DNA of 64,000 bases, taken from positions 352,001 to 416,000 of the forward strand of contig JALVSY010000016.1 of the NCBI GenBank assembly GCA_027036135.1, read 5' to 3'. Position 1 is the first letter of the stretch. The number at the start of each line of letters is the position of its first letter. Position numbers and translations under genes: made by a program. Positions 41,503 through 50,123 of this stretch are shown in pieces. The DNA is from Pyrodictiaceae archaeon. GTDB taxonomy: Archaea; Thermoproteota; Thermoprotei_A; Sulfolobales; Pyrodictiaceae. Below the pieces are notes generated by a model. That model was not told where the DNA came from. It searched no databases and was given only the letters and a program-made list of their open reading frames with translations.

Positions 41503-41905
41503 ATGGCTGTGCAACTAGTATTCGACTATGTTGAAAGGCATGGCAGGCTGTATCCATTAATACTTGTGACTCTAAAAGCCCGGGAAGAGCTAACCTTATA
41601 TGCTCTCGTCGATAGTGGTGCCGTTATAAGTCTCTTCCCAGAAGATGTTGCGCATGCTATAGGACTAGACCTTAGCAGAGGAGAGACACTATACTTAACC
41701 GGGGTAGGAGGATATATAAAGGGGAAACTCATCCCGAACGTAAAGGCCATAATAGGGGAATTTAAGCTGGAAATCCCGGTAGTATTTGTGCCATATACCC
41801 CTATAGAACTGGCAGTTCTTGGGAGAAAAAGGCTTCTTTGAAGCCTTTGAGATAACGTTCAGGGAGTGGGAGAAAAAGCTAATAATAAAACTAAGAAGTG
41901 CATAA
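41503..41905 (+). pseudogene. Retropepsin-like aspartyl protease, frameshifted near the C-terminus
   Basis: ALVDSGA motif. Removing one A from the A5 run at 41826-41830 restores LGRKGFFEAFEITF..*. Confidence 0.75.
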
Positions 41906-42009
41906 GCCATATATTTCTTTAATAGAAGACTTGATACGGACTAGCCGTAGGGGCTAGTTTTAGAGACTCCCATTATGCCTCTGTACGTAGGGTGATCCTA
42001 GTAGGAGAG

Positions 42010-42243
42010 GTTGTTACGGAGAAGTTGCTGAAGAGAATTGTTAGCGATCCATGAGTGATGGCTGGTAAACCACTTATCCGTGGTACAAGGATAACCGTTG
42101 ATATGATACTTGAGCTTCTTGCTTCGGGTATGAAGCCCGAAGAAATAGCTGAGGATTATGGTTTAAGTCTCGAGGACATTAAGGCGGCGCTGCTCTATGC
42201 TGCCAAGGTTCTCGGGAGAGAGGAGATAATAGTTGAAGCTTGA
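42010..42243 (+). pseudogene. DUF433 antitoxin with in-frame stop
   Basis: RIVSDP*VMAGKPLIRGTRI; TGA at 42052. Confidence 0.75.
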
Positions 42244-42609
42244 ACTTAGGTTGCTCCTTGACGAGAACATCGGGCTGAGAGTGTACCAAGAGCTTAGGAA
42301 ACAAGGGTACCACGTACAGTCAGTTCTTGCAGAACGTAGAGGAGCCTCTGACGAGGAGGTCGTTGAGATGGCTATTAGCCGTGGCAAAATAATAGTGACT
42401 ATGGCTAAGGATTTTTGGATATCTTGCTCAAGCATATAGGCCGCTCGGAGTAGTTATCCTAAGATTAAGAGACCCGAGGATACCTAATAGGCTTAAGGCC
42501 ATTCTAAGGGCACTCCGGCTCAAAGAACAACTATAGGGGCATATAACTATAGTAACTAACTATAGTAACCGACACGAAGATATGGAAACGACCAATCATG
42601 CCACAGTAG
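42233..42609 (+). pseudogene. DUF5615/Mut7-C PIN-like toxin, disrupted
   Basis: LLLDENI...DEEV...KDF(G); T5 frameshift at 42412, internal TAG and a 13-bp tandem duplication at 42544-42569. Confidence 0.8.
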
Positions 42610-42793
42610 TAAGAGAGCATGAGCTCTTGTCATAGCACTTTAAGAGTGCAGCAAGGCTCGCGTCTTGATAATTTCCATAATAAGGCTGGATTCATCTAAC
42701 TAGGGAGGCTATATAAGTAAAGGAAGCGTTAGTCTATCGATGAGTTTCCTTTAGTTATATGAAGCACTAGGTTACAGATTTTTCATTATTTCA

Positions 42794-43042
42794 TTATGCA
42801 TTGTCTAGCATCTCTGCTACTATCTTTTTCGCGTCAATAACGACTCTAACTCGTTTGCCCTCTAGGTCTTCGAGGATTTCCAAGAGGCTTAGCCCTGCAG
42901 TACCATTCCAGGCCTCGCTATGGATTCTCGTTAGCTCTCTCCAATTCCTCGTATCGATTTTCTCGGGATAAATGAACACGTCGTCACCAGCATATGGATA
43001 TATGTACAGATAACCCTCCACGACCTCAGCTCTGCGCCTCAT
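42794..43042 (-). CDS. Hypothetical protein
   Basis: 82-aa ATG ORF with plausible composition. Confidence 0.5.
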   Translation of the reverse strand: MRRRAEVVEGYLYIYPYAGDDVFIYPEKIDTRNWRELTRIHSEAWNGTAGLSLLEILEDLEGKRVRVVIDAKKIVAEMLDNA

Positions 43043-43049
43043 ACGTCTA

Positions 43050-43463
43050 TAGCCCCAAGAGGATTTGGAATAATAAAGGTAGTACTTATCGTTAGCCTTT
43101 TTGTACAGTACTGCATCCTTACAGTTCTTTTCTGGAGCTTATCTTCTACTCTTTTACATGCCTCCTTTACAAGGATTATAATACGCGAAGAAAAACCCCG
43201 GTATCAACGAGAACAGTCACCTTAGCCCTCACCGTAGAGTAGCCTGTCCACCTCTTCAGCGTTTGTCTCTTCTATGTCCCGTGCATAGCGTAGAGAGCCT
43301 AGAACAGTCTCCATGTCGCCTTGATGCTTTTCCAGGAACTCCTTCTCGGAACCTCTATAGCCCGTCTAAGGGTCTCGCTAAGACTCCACCCCATGAGCTT
43401 AGCTAGTCTCTCTAACCTCTTCTTATCCTCGATAGAGACCCTGATAGTCGTATACCTAGGCAT
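43050..43463 (-). pseudogene. Decayed VapBC pair
   Basis: MPRYTTIRVS..KKRL (RHH-like), frameshifted, ending VDRLLYGEG* at 43222; followed by PIN start MTVLVDTG with multiple lesions. Confidence 0.7.
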
Positions 43464-43674
43464 CGTGACCTCCTCGAGAAGTAGATATGTTCTCCTTTAA
43501 GAATAAACACTACTATCTATATACATGTCAGGGTAGTAGTACGACACGACCACAAAACGGTGAAAGCCACCTCCTTTCCCAGATACAACGACGTATCAAG
43601 CCAAGAGTAGCTATAGGTACCATATAGGCTTTACTATTAGATAATGCCGCTCCTTTGTTTTCTCAACTCTCGTT

Positions 43675-43932
43675 CTACGAGGTGTTATGCTGTAGTACTT
43701 TCTCCAGGTCGTTTCTGTGGAAGTAGTAATAGGTCTTGCCAGCGACTAGTACAAGCTCCCTGAACCCCGCTCGGAGAACCTCCTCTATGAACTCACGGGG
43801 CAAGTCCACCAAGACAACATCATTCCTATCTGTCTCAACATAGATGCTCTCCTCCCGGATATCGACGCGGAACCCTCTGGCCTCGAGCGACCTGGCTAGC
43901 TCGGCTAGCCTTTCTCGAGGAGTACTACTCAA
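43675..43932 (-). CDS. Hypothetical protein
   Basis: 85-aa ORF, GGAGG before TTG; divergent from the RiPP cluster. Confidence 0.65.
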   Translation of the reverse strand: MSSTPRERLAELARSLEARGFRVDIREESIYVETDRNDVVLVDLPREFIEEVLRAGFRELVLVAGKTYYYFHRNDLEKVLQHNTS

Positions 43933-44017
43933 TGTTTCCGAGCCTCCAGTTGCTTACTGTTTACTATTTATAAAAATATGAAGCGAAGTATAATTTATTA
44001 TTCCTTATCCTTGTAAT

Positions 44018-44260
44018 TATATAATATATTAAATGGTGTGATATTTCGATTCTATAGAAACATATTATTTTATTAACAAATATATTGTATTTCTTATGAT
44101 TGCGTTTTAGCCTTATAGTGAAGTAGTAAACACACCTCTAACATTGTTTGCTGAATTCTCTTATACAACTCTTTTTATTGGTACTCTTTTCTATACTAGA
44201 GTGGTCTCTTATATATGTTTCTATAGAATCGAAATATCACACCATTTAATATATTATATA
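44018..44260. repeat. Perfect 48-bp inverted repeat with 147-bp spacer
   Basis: 44018-44065 (TATATAATATATTAAATGGTGTGATATTTCGATTCTATAGAAACATAT) is the exact reverse complement of 44213-44260. Confidence 0.97.
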
Positions 44261-44272
44261 CATATCTACTAT

Positions 44273-44297
44273 CGCTCTTCTTCTAACGAAGAAAGCG
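44273..44297 (+). promoter_or_regulatory. Hairpin/dyad just upstream of the precursor ribosome-binding site
   Basis: CGCT-c-TTCTTC-taac-GAAGAA-AGCG. Confidence 0.45.
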
Positions 44298-44312
44298 GCT
44301 GAGGGATGTGTA

Positions 44313-44417
44313 ATGAAGGTCTTAAAAACCGAATATAAAAATCCCCAAATTCTAAAAGGAATGGAATTGTGTAGTGGAAAAGGAATTATATGTGGTGGTA
44401 ACGCAAGCGTCTACTAA
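44313..44417 (+). CDS. Putative RiPP precursor peptide (34 aa)
   Basis: MKVLKTEYKNPQILKGMELCSGKGIICGGNASVY*; GAGGGA ribosome-binding site; ends 23 bp before the radical SAM gene; too short for the ORF track. Confidence 0.8.
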   Translation: MKVLKTEYKNPQILKGMELCSGKGIICGGNASVY

Positions 44418-44440
44418 GAAGGTTAGAGAGGTGTGGCAGA

Positions 44441-45928
44441 ATGGCAAACCAATCCATTCTTTTTTCTTCAATAAAATATGTGGTTCATGTACCTTCTCTA
44501 CAGATACAGAAAATGCTTGATCCACAAGTTTTTAAGAAAGAGGTCTCTTTTATTTTCCATCCGTATTCTATGTCGTTTATAGAGGCTTCGTTACAAGAAG
44601 CTGAGATAATTAAACTTCTCGAGGAAGGTGTACCTCTTAATAAAATTAAAGAATTATATGGTGCCGATTCTTTAAGAGTAATTAATGAAGTTGAAGAAAT
44701 AATTAAGGATCTTTATCCCAAAGAAATCATTAAATTTAACAAGCCAACAGTACTATGGTTACTTACATCGCCGTTTTGTAATTTAAGATGCCGCTATTGT
44801 TATACTGCTTCTGGCTCTGCCTTTTGGTCGTCTTCAAGAATATTAAATATTGATGAACTCGTTAAAGCGGTTGAGAAAATACTTGATGCTTTTCCAACAA
44901 TAAAACATATCGCTTTCTTTGGAGGAGGAGAGCCATTATTAAGGCTAGATATTATTAAAGTAATAACTGAAAAATTTGAAAATAATATAGAGATATTCTC
45001 TATTACTACTAATGGTACATTAATTAATAATGATATTATTGAGTTTATAGAAAACTATAAAAATAAGTTTATATTAACTTTGAGTATTGATGGTCCAAGG
45101 ATAGTTAACGACATTAATAGAATATATCCTGACGGTAGAGGCACTTTTAACGATATAGTAAAGGGCATAGAATTGCTAAAAGAGCATGGGCTCATGTTTG
45201 ATATACAGGCGACGTATACAAGAGAAGCTTTCATGTTAGGGTATTCAATGAGCGATATAGCATATTTCCTGAGTAGATTTTCTCCGTATATAATGCTTAG
45301 ACCTTCTGATTACGTTGCAACTCTAGGTGCTGGTGAAAGATTTGAGGATGCTATGTTAGGTTTCATGCTTGCTGATTATGTAGATAAATCAATAATGGAA
45401 ATGCTCAAAAGGGATCCCACATATTATGACCTTGTCATAGCCATGAATATCGCGCAAATTGGTAGACGAGTAATTAAACTCCAGGCTTGTCCGTATACAA
45501 GCTTTATAACCCTTAACGCTGATGGCAGAATTTATACTTGTCATATGTTGACAGATTTTGTTATAGGAAATATTTTAAAAACGTCTAAAAAGGATATTAA
45601 AGAAAAATATGAAAAAGCATTAAAGATTCTAGACATATATACTCAGAAGCTTGACCCTCGCCTTTTCTGGATGCTTACGATGCAAGATATATGTCCAGCA
45701 GAGCTTTATGGCGGGCTAAGCTATGTAAGTAAGGGTGGAAATAAGAAACTCGGCCTTAGACCGTATATAAGGTCCGTCTTAGAGAACTATTGGGACGCCT
45801 TACTTGTTAAAATTTTCAGCTCTGCACGCAATGGAGACCTAGATAGGCTATATGAAAACGTCGGCAAGATGCTTATGGCACGGCGGCAAGGAAGAGAGGG
45901 ATTAAGCCGACTGGTGAATGCATATTGA
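44441..45928 (+). CDS. Radical SAM peptide maturase candidate (anSME/SPASM-Twitch type)
   Basis: CNLRCRYC, FFGGGEPLL, TTNGTL, LSIDG..N...R; CPY...ADGRIYTCH..IGNI auxiliary domain; ~100-aa N-terminal extension. Confidence 0.88.
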   Translation: MANQSILFSSIKYVVHVPSLQIQKMLDPQVFKKEVSFIFHPYSMSFIEASLQEAEIIKLLEEGVPLNKIKELYGADSLRVINEVEEIIKDLYPKEIIKFNKPTVLWLLTSPFCNLRCRYCYTASGSAFWSSSRILNIDELVKAVEKILDAFPTIKHIAFFGGGEPLLRLDIIKVITEKFENNIEIFSITTNGTLINNDIIEFIENYKNKFILTLSIDGPRIVNDINRIYPDGRGTFNDIVKGIELLKEHGLMFDIQATYTREAFMLGYSMSDIAYFLSRFSPYIMLRPSDYVATLGAGERFEDAMLGFMLADYVDKSIMEMLKRDPTYYDLVIAMNIAQIGRRVIKLQACPYTSFITLNADGRIYTCHMLTDFVIGNILKTSKKDIKEKYEKALKILDIYTQKLDPRLFWMLTMQDICPAELYGGLSYVSKGGNKKLGLRPYIRSVLENYWDALLVKIFSSARNGDLDRLYENVGKMLMARRQGREGLSRLVNAY

Positions 45929-47640
45929 GGAATATGGGAAGACGTTATGTTAAATACGTACTGGGCTTTGCGTACCGGGTTACGCGGAGATACTCGTTAC
46001 TCGTTAGCCTAGTGGCGCTTGTTGTTTGGATTGTTTTGCTCCTTGTCTTCTTCTACTACACACTTGTTATGAAGGGCTTCATAGACTACCTCGTGTCCCT
46101 CCTCCAGGCTACTAGGACTAGCTGGTTCTATGGAATCCTTCGCTACGCTGCTATCTTGCTCGGGTTATGGGGCCTGAAGTATGGCTTGAATATTCTTGGA
46201 GAGTACTCGTTGAGGCTTACTGGCTTAGCGGCTCTAGAGGGCTTGGCTACCGAGTTTATTAGGAGCCTTGCCTGGGCTAGGCCGAGCAAGCTCCCCGAGA
46301 GAGGTGATATTGTTGGCCGCTTCATGTCTGATCTTAGCCGTGTATCGGAGCTGGGAGGTTTTCTTGCCTCCCTTGGAGTCCAGGTAGCTAGGATAGTTAT
46401 TGGCTCGGTGCTCCTCTATGTTCTCAGCCCAGTTCTCTTCGCGGTCACCTTGGTAATTGTGCCGATCTATTATGTTGTGTTCAGGGTTAGTAGTGGGAAG
46501 CTAGCAGCTGTCTCCGAGAAGGAGAGACGAGCCTTCTCGAAATTATCGATGGTTTTCCGGGAGTTTGTTGAGGGTATTCTCCACGTGAAGACTCTGTCTC
46601 GTATGCGTAGTTATCTTGGCTCGGTTTCGGAGAGGAATGTTCGCTCGTGGGGGTCTAGGCTCCGTAGCGTGTTCTTCTACGATGTGTTCTTTAACCAGAG
46701 CTTTAATAGCCTATACGACATAGTGAGGCTAGTTGTGCTGATAATCGGCGGCTTCCTGGTAGCGAGGGGCGAGACAACTATTGGCAGCGTAATAGCGTTC
46801 ACGAATGCTGTCTACAACGTATTCGAGCCAATAGCGAACATATCGTACTCCTTCGCAGCCCTCGGCGAGCTCTATCCCTATGTGAAGAGAGTTGAGGAGA
46901 TACTAAGACTAGAACCTGAGCGCGATACTGGTGAGAAACTAGGCCGTGTAGACAGCATTGAGGCACGCGATGTCGTGGTAGAGGTGGATGATCACGTACT
47001 ACTCAATGGGGCATCGCTGACCGTGAAGAGAGGCCGCATATACGCGGTTATGGGGTCCACGGGGGCCGGGAAGACGACGCTTCTCCTAACTCTTATCAGG
47101 CTCTATGAACCCGGCAAGGGAGTGATAAGGATAAATGGTCGCGATTATCGTGTCTATAGTGTTTCCTCTCTCCGCGAGAAAATAATCTACTTGCCTCAGC
47201 AGCCCCTCGTGCTCCGAGCAAGTATTAGAGACAACATAGCTCTCGGCGAGCCCTTGCCAGACGATGCAATTTGGCGTGCACTAAGACTAGCAGCCGTGGA
47301 CTTCGTCACGAGCCTAGACGAGGTCGTGGACCCATCGAAGCTGAGTGACGGGCAGAAGCAGAGACTGGCACTAGCCCGGGCCCTAGCCCATAGCCCGGAG
47401 GTGTTGCTCCTGGATGAGGCGTTGAACGCTGTGGATGAGCAGACAGAGGCGCGTATACTAGCGAGCCTGCGCAACGAGGTGGCAAGTGATAGGCTGGGGG
47501 CAGTAGTGATTGTAACGCATCGCTCAGCAACACTGAGTAGCGTTGACCATGTATACGTGTTGGAGAATGGAAGGGTGATGTGTGAGGGGGAGCCGCGAGG
47601 AGTGCTCGGAAAATGCAATAGGGCAGCGCTGCATGTGTAG
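45925..47640 (+). CDS. ABC exporter (fused TMD + NBD)
   Basis: TM domain, GSTGAGKTT, LSDGQKQR, LLLDE, VTHR; start overlaps the radical SAM stop (TTGA). Confidence 0.92.
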   Translation: MRNMGRRYVKYVLGFAYRVTRRYSLLVSLVALVVWIVLLLVFFYYTLVMKGFIDYLVSLLQATRTSWFYGILRYAAILLGLWGLKYGLNILGEYSLRLTGLAALEGLATEFIRSLAWARPSKLPERGDIVGRFMSDLSRVSELGGFLASLGVQVARIVIGSVLLYVLSPVLFAVTLVIVPIYYVVFRVSSGKLAAVSEKERRAFSKLSMVFREFVEGILHVKTLSRMRSYLGSVSERNVRSWGSRLRSVFFYDVFFNQSFNSLYDIVRLVVLIIGGFLVARGETTIGSVIAFTNAVYNVFEPIANISYSFAALGELYPYVKRVEEILRLEPERDTGEKLGRVDSIEARDVVVEVDDHVLLNGASLTVKRGRIYAVMGSTGAGKTTLLLTLIRLYEPGKGVIRINGRDYRVYSVSSLREKIIYLPQQPLVLRASIRDNIALGEPLPDDAIWRALRLAAVDFVTSLDEVVDPSKLSDGQKQRLALARALAHSPEVLLLDEALNAVDEQTEARILASLRNEVASDRLGAVVIVTHRSATLSSVDHVYVLENGRVMCEGEPRGVLGKCNRAALHV

Positions 47641-47667
47641 TACTGTGCTGAGCGGAAGCAGTAATGC

Positions 47668-48486
47668 TTATCTCGTCTTCGGCTTTATGACTAGCTTGTC
47701 GCTTATCCCTACTCCTAGCTTCTCGGCTGCGCTGCCAAGGTTTATTGCTAGCTCGGGGAACCCTAGGCTATTAGTGTAGAATACTAGCTCGCCTGGCGAA
47801 GCGGCACTGAACACTGGCAGGCACTTGGCCTCGAACCTGCCAGTACTTGTGATTACTTCTACCCTGCTGCCTCCCTTGCTGCATAGTTTCTCTATGCACT
47901 CTTCCTCTAGGCCTAGTGCAACGTTGCCGAAATGATCTATGTAGACAGCCTCTGCCTCAACCTCCTCGCCTCTACAAGGCTTTCTAAGGCTCAGCTTGAC
48001 TAGCTCGTCCCTGGGCAGCTCGTGGCCCAGCGAGGTTATTGGTGTGCCTAGTGCTAGGAGGGTCGCTGCGGGCGCGAACACGTCTCTTCCATGGAAGCTC
48101 CTTGAAACGGGTTTGAGGAATACCGCCTCATTATCAATCACGTGTGCTCTTTCTATCCCGTCGCTGCTAGCTGCTGGGTAAAGCACACCGTTATCCGGCC
48201 CGACGAAGTAATAGTTCCTAGTAGCAATGGCTACTGCTTTACGCTCAGTACCTACCCCGGGATCCACGACGACAAGGAAAACAGTGCCTCGTGGAAAGTA
48301 CTTGTAGCTCGTATAGAGCACATAGGCCCCAGCTACAATGCTGAAGGCTGGCACATCGTGAGTAATATCAACTACGCGTACTCTCCCCCTACCAATGCGC
48401 TCAATAACAGCCCTTACTATCCCCACGTAGGGGTCACGCCACCCAAAATCAGTCATGAAGCCGATTAGCGGCTGTGGATTAATCAC
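47668..48486 (-). CDS. SAM hydroxide adenosyltransferase (DUF62, chlorinase/fluorinase family)
   Basis: TDFG..DPYVG, DITH, VVDPGVG, GPDNG, SFHGRDVFAP, IDHFGN. Confidence 0.93.
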   Translation of the reverse strand: MINPQPLIGFMTDFGWRDPYVGIVRAVIERIGRGRVRVVDITHDVPAFSIVAGAYVLYTSYKYFPRGTVFLVVVDPGVGTERKAVAIATRNYYFVGPDNGVLYPAASSDGIERAHVIDNEAVFLKPVSRSFHGRDVFAPAATLLALGTPITSLGHELPRDELVKLSLRKPCRGEEVEAEAVYIDHFGNVALGLEEECIEKLCSKGGSRVEVITSTGRFEAKCLPVFSAASPGELVFYTNSLGFPELAINLGSAAEKLGVGISDKLVIKPKTR

Positions 48487-48531
48487 CTCGGGGTCACCAC
48501 TTAGTATCCTGGGGCAGTGCCCCTCCTTGTA

Positions 48532-49002
48532 CTATGCCCTGGCCGAGGCGAGGAGTTTAGCGAATCCCGCTATCTTCACCGTATTCCCTGCCAGGGGCAG
48601 AACAGCGAGCCTATGATCAACCAGCACCAGTGCGAGGGTTAAGACGAAGAACGACACACCTACCAGGAACATTGCTGCCCCGGCCCCGTCTACCTCGGCG
48701 AAGTCCCTTGAGAGCGGTATACCAACTACTAGCTCAACATAGTAGGCAGCCACTATGAATAAGCCTGCTTCCCTTACACCGAGTAACCCTAGATAGGCTG
48801 CTGCAATACCTATACCCGCTAATAGGAGTGCCAGCGGCGACACAGTCTCCATAACTCTCTTGGCGCGCTTCGTACCCCTGCTATAACCTATGTACGCCAC
48901 CAATCCAATAGGAAACAATGATGCTAGGAGAGCTATGGTGCTGGATCCAAACAAATACCGTATATCGTTAAGGTATATGCCCAGCAACAACGCCTCTATC
49001 AC
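48532..49002 (-). CDS. Hypothetical membrane protein
   Basis: Multiple hydrophobic segments; true start may be further upstream. Confidence 0.65.
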   Translation of the reverse strand: MIEALLLGIYLNDIRYLFGSSTIALLASLFPIGLVAYIGYSRGTKRAKRVMETVSPLALLLAGIGIAAAYLGLLGVREAGLFIVAAYYVELVVGIPLSRDFAEVDGAGAAMFLVGVSFFVLTLALVLVDHRLAVLPLAGNTVKIAGFAKLLASARA

Positions 49003-49164
49003 AAAGCCAGCAACCAGGCTCGCTACATTACCTAGGAAGAGGTAGAACTCAGTGCTTCTTAGAACCCGTACCAGGTTCGGTACCCGCGAACAAGAGAGGA
49101 CACAACCACATATTTAACACTTGTTTAAATCAGCGAGTGCAAGGGCTCCACATAGACGAAAAAC

Positions 49165-49228
49165 ACCTTCGGAAGGCTCAGGCGCTCATCACCTAGCCAC
49201 CCGAGGACTATAGCCTAGTCTTCAGCGG
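49165..49228 (-). ncRNA. Candidate box C/D sRNA
   Basis: Minus strand: C-like CTGAAGA, perfect C' GTGATGA, 13-nt guide, D CCGA; D' is weak. Confidence 0.35.
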
Positions 49229-49422
49229 ATTTCAGTATAACGGGTCGCCGGAAGACAATACTTCTCCCGGGTTCATGAAGCATCAGACGCGTGTCTCCTC
49301 TATTAATGCTAGTAGGAAACATGGGTGAAGTGAGAGCGCTCAGAAAAGGGCCTCTTAGTCTCTAAGAACATAGTAAGTACTAAGAGGTTCTGCTTTAATC
49401 CATATAACGCGGGTACGAAGAT

Positions 49423-49587
49423 ATGCCTAGCAGTGCTGTAAGACTGCGACTATCTAAAAACGCCATGGAAAAACTCTTTGGTTCCAGAAAAGCCGGCATA
49501 TCAAAAGGTATCGAGAGAGTTCTTGAAAAGTACTCAGAGAAAGTCGAAGATGATATGTTAAAGGAGTTTCTCAAGGAGAGGAGGTAG
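49423..49587 (+). CDS. Putative VapB antitoxin (54 aa)
   Basis: MPSSAVRLRLSK...MLKEFLKERR*, 9 bp upstream of the PIN gene. Confidence 0.6.
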   Translation: MPSSAVRLRLSKNAMEKLFGSRKAGISKGIERVLEKYSEKVEDDMLKEFLKERR

Positions 49588-49596
49588 CCTAGATCA

Positions 49597-50052
49597 ATGA
49601 ACTTGGTGATCGATGTATCGGTTTTTATTGATAGGCTATTCATCTATGACGAAGAACGTAGCCTTAGAGCACGTACCTTATTCAGACTAGTTGATGATAG
49701 AGGTTTAAACATCTTTGAACCTCCGGTATTTGGCATAGAGCTTGCTTCACAGCTTGTCCGAAGAAAACCTCGAAGCCTGGCAGAAGAATTGTATAACGAG
49801 ATAATAGACAGAGTCGTCATCATAGACGACATAGATTATGACCTTCTCCTAGATATTGCTTTGTCTACTGCTTGCAGAGCTATAGATACATACTATATAG
49901 CTGTTGCCCACATGTTCTCCGGCATACTAGTCAGCGCCGATAAAATAATGATTAATAACGCGAGAAAATATGGAGTAGAAGCATACTACATACACGACAT
50001 AAATGATTATAGCTCATTAATATCAAGAATTAGCCAGGATACAAGATGGTAA
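49597..50052 (+). CDS. vapC: VapC PIN-domain toxin
   Basis: VIDVSV, E, DTYYIA, LVSAD motifs. Confidence 0.88.
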   Translation: MNLVIDVSVFIDRLFIYDEERSLRARTLFRLVDDRGLNIFEPPVFGIELASQLVRRKPRSLAEELYNEIIDRVVIIDDIDYDLLLDIALSTACRAIDTYYIAVAHMFSGILVSADKIMINNARKYGVEAYYIHDINDYSSLISRISQDTRW

Positions 50053-50123
50053 TAGGCACCAACCTAGGCTCACTTAGTAATAAGATACGGTATAGAAGCC
50101 AATCTATGCATGCTAGCATGGCT

